Below the pieces are notes generated by a model. It did not search any database. It was not told the origin of the DNA and was given only the letters and a program-made list of their open reading frames with translations. Positions 8,427-18,800 of a stretch of DNA of 64,000 nt are shown here, piece by piece (the first letter of the stretch is position 1; each line of letters starts with the position of its first letter). Position numbers and translations under genes: made by a program. Origin of the DNA: Bacteroidales bacterium (GTDB taxonomy: Bacteria > Bacteroidota > Bacteroidia > Bacteroidales > ML635J-15); contig OY781043.1 in NCBI GenBank assembly GCA_963676165.1, positions 294,364 through 358,363 on the forward strand. Reading direction: 5' to 3'.

Positions 8427-8840
8427 GCAACTTCTCGGTTAAAAGAATACATCGTTAAAGGATTTACCATGAACGATGATTTACTCAAACAGGCTGGTGG
8501 AGGTAATTACTTTGACGAATTACTAGCTCGTATCAGGGATATTCATTCATCAGAAAAAGTGTTTTGGAGAAAAGTTCTTGACATATATGCTACAAGTATT
8601 GATTATGACCCATCATTGGAGATGTCTGTAATGTTCTTCAAAACAGCTCAAAATAAAATGCACTGGGCAGCGCATGGGCACACAGCAGCTGAGATAATTT
8701 ATAATCGAGTGGACTCAGGGAAACCAAATATAGGACTGAGTAGCTTTAAAGGAAAGAATCCAACTAAACAGGAAACAGAGATTGTTAAAAAAAAGCGCCA
8801 ATTCCCCTTTCTGAAAATCAACGCTTTTTTGCTAATGTAA
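8427..8840 (+). pseudogene. rhuM-family gene, central fragment (3'-truncated)
   Basis: (S)RLKEYIVKGFTMNDDLLKQAGGGNYFDELLARIRDIHSSEKVFWRKVLDIYATSIDYD is RhuM-like. Similarity ends near 8795 (EIVKK), where a hairpin AAAAGCG...CGCTTTT follows. Confidence 0.7.
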
Positions 8841-8929
8841 AAGTATTCATAAATTGTGAAATACCAAAGAACAGGTCTGTCGCATTTTAAAAAATCGTAA
8901 CTTTATACCCTCAAAAAAATGCCCGACTT

Positions 8930-11314
8930 ATGACCAATATGGATGATTATCAGTTTAAAGGAAAACGCGTTTTAATTCGTGTCGATTTCAATGTCCCTTT
9001 GAATGAAAATGGTGAAATAACCGACGATACACGAATTGTAACAGCCGTGCCTACAATTCAAAAAGTGCTTACTGAAGGCGGTTCTGTCATCATCATGACA
9101 CATCTTGGCCGTCCGAAAGGACAATTTAATGAGGCTTTAAGTGTAAAACGCATCTCTGATTATGTGTCCGGAATGCTAGGTCGTGAAATTATTGTTGCGG
9201 AAGATTGCATAGGCAAGGAAACGGAAAAACTGGCAGCATCACTCAAAAAAGGACAGGTGCTCATGTTGGAAAATCTTCGTTTTTATAACGAGGAAACTGC
9301 CGGCGATGAGGAATTTGCGAAAAAATTGGCCAAACTTGGTGATGCTTATATCAATAATGCCTTTGGAACTGCCCATCGTGCGCACGCATCCACCTACACC
9401 ATCGCGAAATTTTTCCCTTACGACAAAATGTTGGGATATTTGGTGGAGTCTGAAGTGAAAAACATTGATAAACTCCTGAAAAAAGCCAAATCACCCTTTA
9501 CTGCAATCATTGGAGGAGCAAAAATTTCCACAAAAATTGACATCATCGAAGCCTTGATGGAGAAAGTGGATAATTTAATCATTGGTGGGGGTATTGTCTT
9601 TACCTTTCTGAAAGCCAAAGGACTAGAAGTTGGAAATTCTTTGGTTGATGATGATTATATTGAGGTGGCAAAACGTATTCTTGACACAGCTCGTGAACGA
9701 AATGTCAAAGTGTATCTCTCAGAAGATGTGTTGATTGCAGATAATTTTAGCAATGAAGCCCAGATAGAGCATGTTCCTGTTTCTGCCATCAAACCCGGTT
9801 GGATGGGAATGGATATTGGTGTAAAATCTGCTGAATTGTTTGAGCAGGTCATTGAAAATTCTGAAAGCATTTTGTGGAATGGTCCTATGGGCGTCTTTGA
9901 AATGCCTCACTTTGCTTATGGTACGCTGAAAACAGGTTTGTCTGTGGCACGTGCTACCGATAAAGGTTCTTACTCTTTGGTTGGTGGAGGTGATTCCATT
10001 GCTGCCTTAAAAAAGTATGCATTGGAACATAAAATTTCTTATGTCTCAACTGCAGGTGGAGCCTTACTGGAGTATATTGAAGGGAAAAAATTGCCAAGTT
10101 TACGCGCAATTAGGGAAACTCACAGCATGGATGATTACGATTTCCGTGGAAAACGTGCTCTTGTTCGTGTGGATTTCAATGTCCCTATGGATGAGAATTT
10201 CAAGATTACCGATGATACACGTATCCGTACTGCGATTCCAACGCTTCGGAAAATTCTTGCAGAAGGAGGATCTATCATTCTTTTAACTCACATTGGCCGT
10301 CCGAAAGGTCAGCGAATGGATAAATATTCTGTTCGACATATTATTCCTTATGTTTCGGATTTGCTTGGTACCGAAGTGCAATTTGCAGATCGTTGTCGTG
10401 GCGATAATACTGAGAAAATTGCAAAACAGCTTAAGCCTGGCGAAGTGCTGATGCTTGAGAACCTCCGCTTTACCAATGAAGAAATTGAGGGAAGTGAAAG
10501 TTTTGCTGAAGAATTAAGTCGTCTTGGGGATGTGTACATCAATAATGCCTTTGGTACAGCGCATCGTGCACATGCTTCAACATATACCATTGCAAAATTC
10601 TTCCCTGAAGATAAAATGCTTGGATATCTGATTGAAAATGAAATTAACAACATCAATCGCATATTGTACAAAGCTGAGCGTCCGTTTACCACTGTCATTG
10701 GGGGATCAAAAATCTCAACTAAAATCAATATCATTCGTGCTTTGATGGATAAAGCCGATAATGTGATTATTGGTGGCGGGATTGCCTTTACCTTTATCAA
10801 AGCCATGGGTGGAAATATTGGAGATTCTCTCGTTGAGGAGGATTCATTGGATGTGGCACGTGAAATACTTGATTATGCTGCACGTAGCTCAGTGAAATTG
10901 TATCTTCCAACAGATTGTTTGATTGCCGATGCATTTGAGAAAAACCCAAAAATTCGTCATGCCAAAGCAAACAATATTCCTGACGGATGGAGGGGTTTAG
11001 ATATCGGTGTGAAAACAGCGGAAACCTATACGAAAGTGATAGAAAACTCCAACGCTATTCTTTGGAATGGTCCGATGGGAGTATTTGAAATGCCGTATTT
11101 TAGTAACGGAACAATCAAAATATCTCTGGCAACAGCGCGTGCAACCGATATGGGAGCGTTTTCACTTGTTGGTGGTGGAGATTCTATTGCAGCACTAAAA
11201 CGCTATGGTATGAGTCATAAAATTTCGTATATTTCAACTGCGGGAGGTGCTTTGCTTGAGTACATTGAAGGAAAAGAATTACCAAGTTTAAAAGCAATAC
11301 GCACAAAGATATAA
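8930..11314 (+). CDS. pgk: Tandem-fused phosphoglycerate kinase (two complete PGK modules: residues 1-399 and 400-794)
   Basis: Both halves carry VRVDFNVP, TH(L/I)GRPKG, ENLRF, NNAFGTAHRAHAS, GG(A/S)KISTKI, WNGPMGVFE, GGGDS and STAGGA. There is no stop between IRETHS and the MDDYDF at 10127. Confidence 0.85.
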   Translation: MTNMDDYQFKGKRVLIRVDFNVPLNENGEITDDTRIVTAVPTIQKVLTEGGSVIIMTHLGRPKGQFNEALSVKRISDYVSGMLGREIIVAEDCIGKETEKLAASLKKGQVLMLENLRFYNEETAGDEEFAKKLAKLGDAYINNAFGTAHRAHASTYTIAKFFPYDKMLGYLVESEVKNIDKLLKKAKSPFTAIIGGAKISTKIDIIEALMEKVDNLIIGGGIVFTFLKAKGLEVGNSLVDDDYIEVAKRILDTARERNVKVYLSEDVLIADNFSNEAQIEHVPVSAIKPGWMGMDIGVKSAELFEQVIENSESILWNGPMGVFEMPHFAYGTLKTGLSVARATDKGSYSLVGGGDSIAALKKYALEHKISYVSTAGGALLEYIEGKKLPSLRAIRETHSMDDYDFRGKRALVRVDFNVPMDENFKITDDTRIRTAIPTLRKILAEGGSIILLTHIGRPKGQRMDKYSVRHIIPYVSDLLGTEVQFADRCRGDNTEKIAKQLKPGEVLMLENLRFTNEEIEGSESFAEELSRLGDVYINNAFGTAHRAHASTYTIAKFFPEDKMLGYLIENEINNINRILYKAERPFTTVIGGSKISTKINIIRALMDKADNVIIGGGIAFTFIKAMGGNIGDSLVEEDSLDVAREILDYAARSSVKLYLPTDCLIADAFEKNPKIRHAKANNIPDGWRGLDIGVKTAETYTKVIENSNAILWNGPMGVFEMPYFSNGTIKISLATARATDMGAFSLVGGGDSIAALKRYGMSHKISYISTAGGALLEYIEGKELPSLKAIRTKI

Positions 11315-11334
11315 TGCAAATAAACTAAGCTATT

Positions 11335-12633
11335 ATGGAAATTAATTTGCCGAAAATTCAAGATGCTGACCTGAATGGAAAAGTTGTCCTTGTTCGTGTC
11401 GATCACAATGTGGTGAAAAAGGGTGTGATTCACGATCCTTACCGTATTGACGCAACGATTGGAACCCTGTATCATATCAATGCAAAGGGCGGGAAAATCA
11501 TTTTAATGACACACGTGGGAAGACCGCGTGACAAAAAGGACAATAGCATTCATATTAGTGATGATACTTCGGTAAAACCCATTGTCGATTACTTAAACAA
11601 CAAATTGCATATCAATATTCAGATACCGGAATTTGTACCGCATGGCGATCAAGGATATTTGGGCTTGGAGACTTCCATTAACCACATGATTCGTGAACTT
11701 CGAAATGGCGATATCGATGGAATTTACTTACCAAATACACGTTGGTTTGCCGGTGAAGAAGCAGATGGCGATGTGTCAGATCGTTTTGGATTGCAGCTAG
11801 CTGGTTTAGCAGATGTGTTTGTCAACGATGCATTTGGATCATGGCAACCTCACACTTCAACGGTGAAAGTCAACGATTATTTGCCTTCTTATGCAGGATA
11901 TCTCATGCAAAAGGAAATTGCTAATTTAGAGCGTATTTATAAAGCTGAGCATCCTTTTGTGGCAGTGGTTGCAGGGAGTAAAATGGACACGAAAATTGAG
12001 TCCCTTTATGCGCTTTTAAAAATTGCTGATAAATTGGTTTTGGGCGGTGTCATTTACAATGCCTATTTGTGCGCAAAATATGGAATTCGAATCAAAGGAG
12101 TTGATGAGGGGAACTTGGCACTTGCAAAAGAGTTTGTGAAATATGCTGAGGATTATTCTGATAAGATTTTGGAGCTGGAATACATCATTGAATCTGATAT
12201 TTTGGAAGGCAAAGAAAATGGAAAATACAGAATGCATCACATTCAGGACTTAAAAGAGGATCAGGAATTGAACTATGTGTTGGATGTTGCTCCAGAGTCC
12301 TTTCATCAAGAAAATGTTTGTCAGGTATTTAAAAATGCTAAGACAATTTTTATCAATGCAGTTATGGGTTTTACTCCGCATTTTAATGATGGAACCATTG
12401 CATTGGATGAGCTAACAGATTCAAATTTGGATGCTGTGAAGTTATACGGTGGTGGAGATACCATGCAAGAGTTAAAACGTTTACTCCCAGGTTTGTATAT
12501 TGTCGCTTTGGACAATCCAAAATACTACATTTTCACCGGTGGTGGTGCAGTGCTAAAAGCCATACAAGAAGGAACCTATGCAGGCTTAGAGCCCGTAAAG
12601 GCTTTGGTTGAAAACCAGAAAAAGAATCTGTAA
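11335..12633 (+). CDS. Divergent phosphoglycerate-kinase-like paralogue
   Basis: It keeps VRVDHNV, THVGRP, NTRW, VNDAFGS, AGSKMDTKI, GGGDT and TGGGA. It has SWQPHTS in place of AHRAHAS and INAVMGFTP in place of WNGPMGVFE. It starts 20 nt after the fused pgk. Confidence 0.7.
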   Translation: MEINLPKIQDADLNGKVVLVRVDHNVVKKGVIHDPYRIDATIGTLYHINAKGGKIILMTHVGRPRDKKDNSIHISDDTSVKPIVDYLNNKLHINIQIPEFVPHGDQGYLGLETSINHMIRELRNGDIDGIYLPNTRWFAGEEADGDVSDRFGLQLAGLADVFVNDAFGSWQPHTSTVKVNDYLPSYAGYLMQKEIANLERIYKAEHPFVAVVAGSKMDTKIESLYALLKIADKLVLGGVIYNAYLCAKYGIRIKGVDEGNLALAKEFVKYAEDYSDKILELEYIIESDILEGKENGKYRMHHIQDLKEDQELNYVLDVAPESFHQENVCQVFKNAKTIFINAVMGFTPHFNDGTIALDELTDSNLDAVKLYGGGDTMQELKRLLPGLYIVALDNPKYYIFTGGGAVLKAIQEGTYAGLEPVKALVENQKKNL

Positions 12634-12640
12634 AGAAGTT

Positions 12641-12691
12641 CCGCTTTTGGACATGATTTTTGCAAAAAAAGCAAAAACTCACGCCAAAAGC
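12641..12691. repeat. REP-like palindromic intergenic repeat, copy 1
   Basis: CCGCTTTTGGACATGATTTTTGCAAAAAAAGCAAAAACTCACGCCAAAAGC. The same family occurs at 38732-38786 (inverted) and 50919-50983. Confidence 0.8.
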
Positions 12692-13246
12692 TTGACATGC
12701 ATATGATGCATTTCGGCGTTGTCACCATAACATCTACGGTGATATTACTAGTAATTTTTTGCGCCAGCTTAGTACTTTCTGACAATTGTAAAACTACAGA
12801 TAAATATTTGAGATTACCCAAAATGGGAGGTTGCCTTCTATTCTTAGTGGGGAAACAGCAAGGCTTTATTTTTGAAAATACCTTTGTACATGACCTAAAT
12901 AATCTATTTCAAGTATTGAATTATAACAAATTGCTCAAGCCCTGTAGGGGCTTAATTTTTGTAACCCCGGACAAGAATTTATTCGTAGTCCGGGGATGAC
13001 AAACATAGGTGAATGTGTTTTTGGCGTATATCTTTGCAATAACCGAGGGACGAAGGTATGCAAAGATTATGACAAAAAGTTTTGTCATGTAATAACGGGA
13101 AATACTTTAAATTAAACATCAGTTTTCATCCTGAAAACTAAAATTAATTCCATTGATTCAATATCAGGATAGAAAGCGGAGTTAATAAGCCCTATACATA
13201 TTGGTTTATCCAACACCAATGGTGTTTCACGCCAAAAGCTACAGCT

Positions 13247-15760
13247 TTAGAACTCTGCCTTAAACTGAAACGATACAGCCCTTGGAGGTAGCATATTTCC
13301 AGGACGCTCAATGTATTCCCGGTTAAATAGATTCTGAACAACTAAAGAGGCTTTAATCGCATCGTTTATTTGCCATCCAAAATGCACATCGTAGGTTAAC
13401 ATTGGCTTGTATTTATTGTATGCGTAATAATCCGCAAACCCATTTAATACCAAATTGTTGAAAGTTTGGAATTCCGGGTCTTGAGATACAAAAATATTGT
13501 CTAGTGCAAGCATAGGTGAGTGGTAAATCATAGATACACCTGCCGAAATTACTTTGTAATCAATGATAATATTTCCTTTCAATGAATGTTTATAGCGATA
13601 CTTCAAATAATCAGTATCTCGATTTTTTGTGGCGATAATAATATCCCTTTCCTCTTCAGTATCGTAGAGGTTAATGGCATCCATGTGTGTGTATCCTGCA
13701 AAAAGAGTAGCATCGATATCATCCGTAATACTTCCTTTGGCAGAAACAGAAAGATCCACGCCTATGACTCTTACATCTCCAATGTTTTGTGATTGGAAAC
13801 CCATATTGTCCATGGTAGGCATAATGCTGTCTGCAAGTGGGAGGTAGGTTTCTGTGTCAAACAAACCAAATCCAAATTCCATCATGTTATTGTAGCGAGA
13901 GTAGAATGCAGCTGCATCAGCAAAACCCATCCAGCCTTTCCCAATTTTAAATCCTTGGTGAGCTCCAACTTCAACATTCCAGCCAGTTTCACTTTCTAAA
14001 TTAGGATTTGGAAAAACGTTTAATAAACCAGCAAAGGCTGTGGCAGTATATTTCTCAGCAACACTTGGGAAACGATACCCTTGACCAAAACTTGCGCGTA
14101 AGTTTGTGTATTCAAACAAACGGTAATTTGCACCTGCACGGAACACTGGTTTCACAGGCACTTCAATTGTATTTTTGTCGAGTTCAATGTCTATCATGGA
14201 TTCAGTTTGTGTTGTATCCACACGATAATACTCAGCACGAAGCCCTACCGAAGTTTTCAAACGTCCGAAATTATTATCCACTTGCACATAGCCTGCTAAA
14301 TTGTTGCTAAAGTGGTTTCCAAAAAGATTTGAGAATATCTCAGAATATGAATTGACAAAACCAGCAGCAAGTTTTGTTTTTTCTCCTATGTCAGTTTGAT
14401 ATCTGTATTCACCATAGAAAATCCGGCTTTTGCTGTTTTTTGATGTGTCAATCGGAATACGATTATCCACCAAAAAGTAGCGGGTTCTTACGCTGTATCT
14501 CGATCCGTTTTCTTTGTAGTAATAAATGAAAGGATCGATGTTGATGCGGTATCCTTCAATCACGTTAACGGCGCCTGGCATGGCTTCTAAAGGACGGATA
14601 ACAATTGAGTCAGCACCATTTACATCGTTGAGTGTTTCAGATGTCCAAAGCAGAAAATCAGATTTTGCTTGTCCCATAAAGTTTGCGTTGACACCATAAG
14701 CAAGACCTTCTACTCGTTTACTACGGAAACGCAGGTTGGTATTTATGCGTGTGCGTTTGTCAAAATTGTCAGTGCGATATCCTTCATCCACAAATTGATT
14801 TCCTGCAATCACAAAGTCAAAATTTCCAAACTGTTGCATATGCATGAAGTTCAAACCGCTAAACATAGGTTTAGAAACCCAGTAAAATGTGTTTTCCCTT
14901 AGCATGATGGATGCAGGAGTATTTCCGTCTTGATAAAAATTATTGTCAGTGTAAAGATTGCTATCCCAAGTTTTTCCATTAATGTACTGGATAGGATTTT
15001 TCGGCTCATTGTAGAAACCTACATTGTAAATAATTTTTGTTTTTGATTTTTCTGTCGGATAGGCAGTACGGATATTGATGACACCGTTCATTGCAGATGA
15101 TCCGTACAATACCGATGATGCACCTTTAAGGACTTCCACCTGAGAAACATTTTCGATTGGAAGGTAATCCCATTTCACGTTTCCGGCATCTGCAGCGATA
15201 ATTGGCAACTCATCCACTAAGACAAGCACGCGACTACCAGCGCCATAGGACCAGCCACTACCTCCACGTATGCTGGGTTGTCCATCGTTGACATCCACAC
15301 CAGGAATTTTTGTGATGGCGCTCTCCATGCTATTTGTGTTGGTATTTTCTATCATCTGAGGTTTGATAACCTCCATCGAAACGGTTACTTCAGATAGTTT
15401 TTGTTCGTATTTTGATGCTGAGACAACGATCTCTTCAATGATTTCAGCATTTTCTTCAAGCACAATGTCTAGTTGAATAAATTCATTATCTTTAATTGTG
15501 ATGTCTTTTTCAATTTTCTTGTAGCCAACGTATTGGTAGCTAAGATGATAATCTCCAGCTTTTAGTTCGATGGAATAGTTGCCATCGAAATCAGAGATTG
15601 TTCCAGAGTTAAAGTCTGTATTTGCTTGTGTAATTACGACATTCACACCATAAAGACCTTCATTATTGGTGTCAACAATATGTCCTTTAATTCCGCTTTG
15701 GGCAAACAAACTCAAGCTGCTTACCAAGCCAAAAATGACAAGTAGTACGTGATTTTTCAT
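13247..15760 (-). CDS. TonB-dependent receptor with an N-terminal carboxypeptidase-regulatory-like domain
   Basis: 837-aa ORF with a signal peptide and an N-terminal CarboxypepD_reg-like segment (GIKGHIVDTNNEGLYGVNVV). A plug region (IPGVDVNDGQPSIRGGSG) and a C-terminal beta-barrel ending in F are present. Confidence 0.85.
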   Translation of the reverse strand: MKNHVLLVIFGLVSSLSLFAQSGIKGHIVDTNNEGLYGVNVVITQANTDFNSGTISDFDGNYSIELKAGDYHLSYQYVGYKKIEKDITIKDNEFIQLDIVLEENAEIIEEIVVSASKYEQKLSEVTVSMEVIKPQMIENTNTNSMESAITKIPGVDVNDGQPSIRGGSGWSYGAGSRVLVLVDELPIIAADAGNVKWDYLPIENVSQVEVLKGASSVLYGSSAMNGVINIRTAYPTEKSKTKIIYNVGFYNEPKNPIQYINGKTWDSNLYTDNNFYQDGNTPASIMLRENTFYWVSKPMFSGLNFMHMQQFGNFDFVIAGNQFVDEGYRTDNFDKRTRINTNLRFRSKRVEGLAYGVNANFMGQAKSDFLLWTSETLNDVNGADSIVIRPLEAMPGAVNVIEGYRINIDPFIYYYKENGSRYSVRTRYFLVDNRIPIDTSKNSKSRIFYGEYRYQTDIGEKTKLAAGFVNSYSEIFSNLFGNHFSNNLAGYVQVDNNFGRLKTSVGLRAEYYRVDTTQTESMIDIELDKNTIEVPVKPVFRAGANYRLFEYTNLRASFGQGYRFPSVAEKYTATAFAGLLNVFPNPNLESETGWNVEVGAHQGFKIGKGWMGFADAAAFYSRYNNMMEFGFGLFDTETYLPLADSIMPTMDNMGFQSQNIGDVRVIGVDLSVSAKGSITDDIDATLFAGYTHMDAINLYDTEEERDIIIATKNRDTDYLKYRYKHSLKGNIIIDYKVISAGVSMIYHSPMLALDNIFVSQDPEFQTFNNLVLNGFADYYAYNKYKPMLTYDVHFGWQINDAIKASLVVQNLFNREYIERPGNMLPPRAVSFQFKAEF

Positions 15761-15829
15761 GTCCCCGAAATTCTAGTTTCTTAACAAATGTAATAATATT
15801 TCTGAAAAATGCTGTGTGGAATGCTGAAC

Positions 15830-15862
15830 AAAGAAAAAGGCTACCTGAACTTAGATAGCCTT
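15830..15862 (-). terminator. Rho-independent terminator after the giant adhesin gene
   Basis: The minus strand reads AAGGCTA-TCTAAGTTCAGG-TAGCCTT followed by TTTTCTTT. Confidence 0.55.
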
Positions 15863-15884
15863 CTCATATATAATTGATTGGTTT

Positions 15885-18800
15885 TTAACGTATCAGAGTA
15901 AAATGCCCTGATTGCGTATAGGTGTTTCCATAATAATCATCGAACTCAAGATACCAACTGTAAACTCCTTCAGGAGAGTTGATGTTATTGGTTGTGCCAT
16001 CCCATCCAATATCTTGGTCATCTGTCTTGAAGAGAATTTCTCCCCAACGGTTATAGATTTCCATGTGGTATGAGTTCATGTCAATTCCTGTGACAACAAT
16101 ATTGTATGTTTCATTGGTTTCATCATGGTTCGGTGTAAATGCGGTTGGTGCATATATCATGACCTCTCCTGATACAGTCATATTGACAGTTGCAGTATCC
16201 ACACATCCAAAGAGTGATTCCGCAGTTAATAATACAGTGTATTTACCTGGCTGTCCAAAGGAGTGTTGAGGACTTTCTTCATCGGTAATTCCACCATCGC
16301 CAAAATTCCATTCATAGAAATAACCTCCGGCAGTATAATTTGTAAACTCAACCAATGGATCTGTTATTAGCACATTGGTTTTTGAGGCTTCAAATTCTGC
16401 ATCAGGTTTTGGATGAACAGTAATTGCAATGGTACTGTCTCTGCGACATCCGTCCGTTGATTCAACCATCAAATTCACATGATAAGTTGTTGCATTGTGG
16501 AAGGTGTGTGTTGGTTGTTTGTCGAATGAAAGATTTTCTACGTCCCCATCGTCAAAGTCCCAAATATAACGTTGTCCAATATGAGGGCTACCTTCATTGA
16601 AATGCACTGTTAATGGTTGACAGCCTTCAGTGATATCAGCATTGATTAGAGTTTGCGGTAATGGATAAGTATAAATCGGGTATTCCACATAAATACTATC
16701 AAAATGGCAAGCATCCCAGGCTGTAAAAGCAAAGACAGAATCTGTCCAAGGTTTTACATAGATCATATCGCCGTAAATCAGGCTATCATGTAAATAGACT
16801 TCGTATGGTTGACCTGCGCTACCACTCAAATTCAAATCAAATCGTACGGTTTCATAAGGACAAACAGTATCAATATTCGCCATGAGATCAAATTCCAGTG
16901 GGTCGTGAACGGTTACTGTGAAATATGATGTGTCTGACATGCAATTGATATCATCCATGACAAATGCACCATATTCAGTTGTTCCTTCTGGAGCGACCTC
17001 TATGCTTTCGCCTTGCAGTCCGTGATGTGTCCAGAAAACGGTATATGGTGGAACACCGCCGGTAATCATGCTGTAACCAATAGTTGTTGTTTGTCCCCAG
17101 CAAATGGTTTGATCGTCAAGTGTCATTAGCTCAATAGGTTCCGGCTCACGGACTGAGTCGCCAATAACAAAGTGGCAGTAGTGATCATCTGTCACTGTGA
17201 CGGAATAATAACCGGCACCAACCCCAATTTGATCTTCTTCCCAAGATCCATTGCTCCAATTATAATGGTAAGGGGGCGTTCCTCCAAAGGCAGTAATTTG
17301 TACTGTCCCGTCTGTATAGTTTCCACACGAAGCGTCTGTTGCTGTAATGCTTGCTCCTAATGGTGCATCTGGTTGAATGATTTCTACCGTGTCGTAAGCC
17401 AAACAGCTATGATTGTCAGTAATTGTTACAGAGTAAATTCCTGGTGGTAAAGAATCAATACTTTGACCAATTTCCCCATTTGACCATGAGTAGAAATATG
17501 GTTCAGTTCCACCAAATACGTTCACTGATGCCCATCCATTATCTTCCCCAAAGCAACGTACATCTTCATGTTCAATTGTTGCTGTCAATGGGAAGTCTGG
17601 TTGATCAATTTGAACGTATGCATAAGTCTGACAGTCATTATTATCTGTTACCGTGACAATATAAATACCAGCAGGAATATTTTGTTGATCTTCCGTTGTA
17701 ACACTGTTATTCCATTGGTAGTTGTATGGAGGTGTTCCTCCAGTTACGGTTAAATCAATATAGCCATTGCTAGCATCAAAACAGGATACGTCATTGCTGT
17801 GAATGTTCGCTACAAGTGGCTCAGGTTCAATGATTACCATGGTGTGAGACAAGTCGCATCCATTGGCATCAGTAATGCTTATGGTGTAATCTCCGGCAGG
17901 AATGTTCATTAAGTCCTGAGTATTCATACCATTGCTCCACTCATAATAATATGGAGGAGTTCCTCCTGCAGGTGTAACATCAAGTTCCCCATCATATCCA
18001 CCATAACAAGATACATTGATGAAGGTGTAGGTCATGCTAAGTGGTGCATCTGGTTCATCCACATAGATACTGTCTTCATAGGTGCAGCCAACAGAATCTG
18101 TCACGGTGACATAATGCATTCCAGCAAAAACTCCAACTGGATTTTGTTCGTCACTGTTTGCAGGTTCCCACCAATACGTATGTGATCCGGCACCTCCGCC
18201 AGAAGTAACATAAAGGTTACCTGTTGCTTCTCCATGACACAGGACATCGTCTTCATGTAAAGTTGCCCACATTGGTGGATATAGGTTGGAAATATTCATT
18301 TCTCCTGTCACCTCACATCCATAAACATCGCTGACTGTGACATAATAATAGCCCGCAGGAACAATGATGCTATCAATTGGTGAAATGTGTGTATTCACCA
18401 TGCCATTGGAGTATTCAAAAGTGTATGGTCCTGTGGAGTTAAGTGCCGTTACAGTAACAACTCCTGAAGTGTCACCAAAGCATAAAATGTCATTCCCGTC
18501 AATTTCAAAATCTAGCTCAGGAAGTGGTATAATATTCACTTGATCGTGAATAGTATCGTCGTCCTCATAAAAACCATCCATATCCCAAGTTTGGTTAAAC
18601 CAGTTGATAGGAATGTAGCCTAATGGAACAGAACCTTCCAATAGCGGTCCTATTTCAAAAGGTCCTATGGTGATATCTTTGCTTCCATTTCTGCTTTCAT
18701 CATACATGGAAACATAATCATCCTTAGCCAGATAATCACTTAAATCAATTTCAGGTGTAGTGTATCCAGGTGTAGATATGTTATTATACACTCTTTCTCC

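Noticed and set aside
13068-13092. The palindrome ATGACAAAAAGTTTTGTCATGTAA resembles the two termini of the IS4 element (…ACATGACAAAAA / TTTTTGTCATGTACT) placed back to back
   Set aside because: Only ~10-12 nt per side match, in AT-rich sequence. It could be a collapsed IS remnant but could equally be chance. It is not called as a mobile element.
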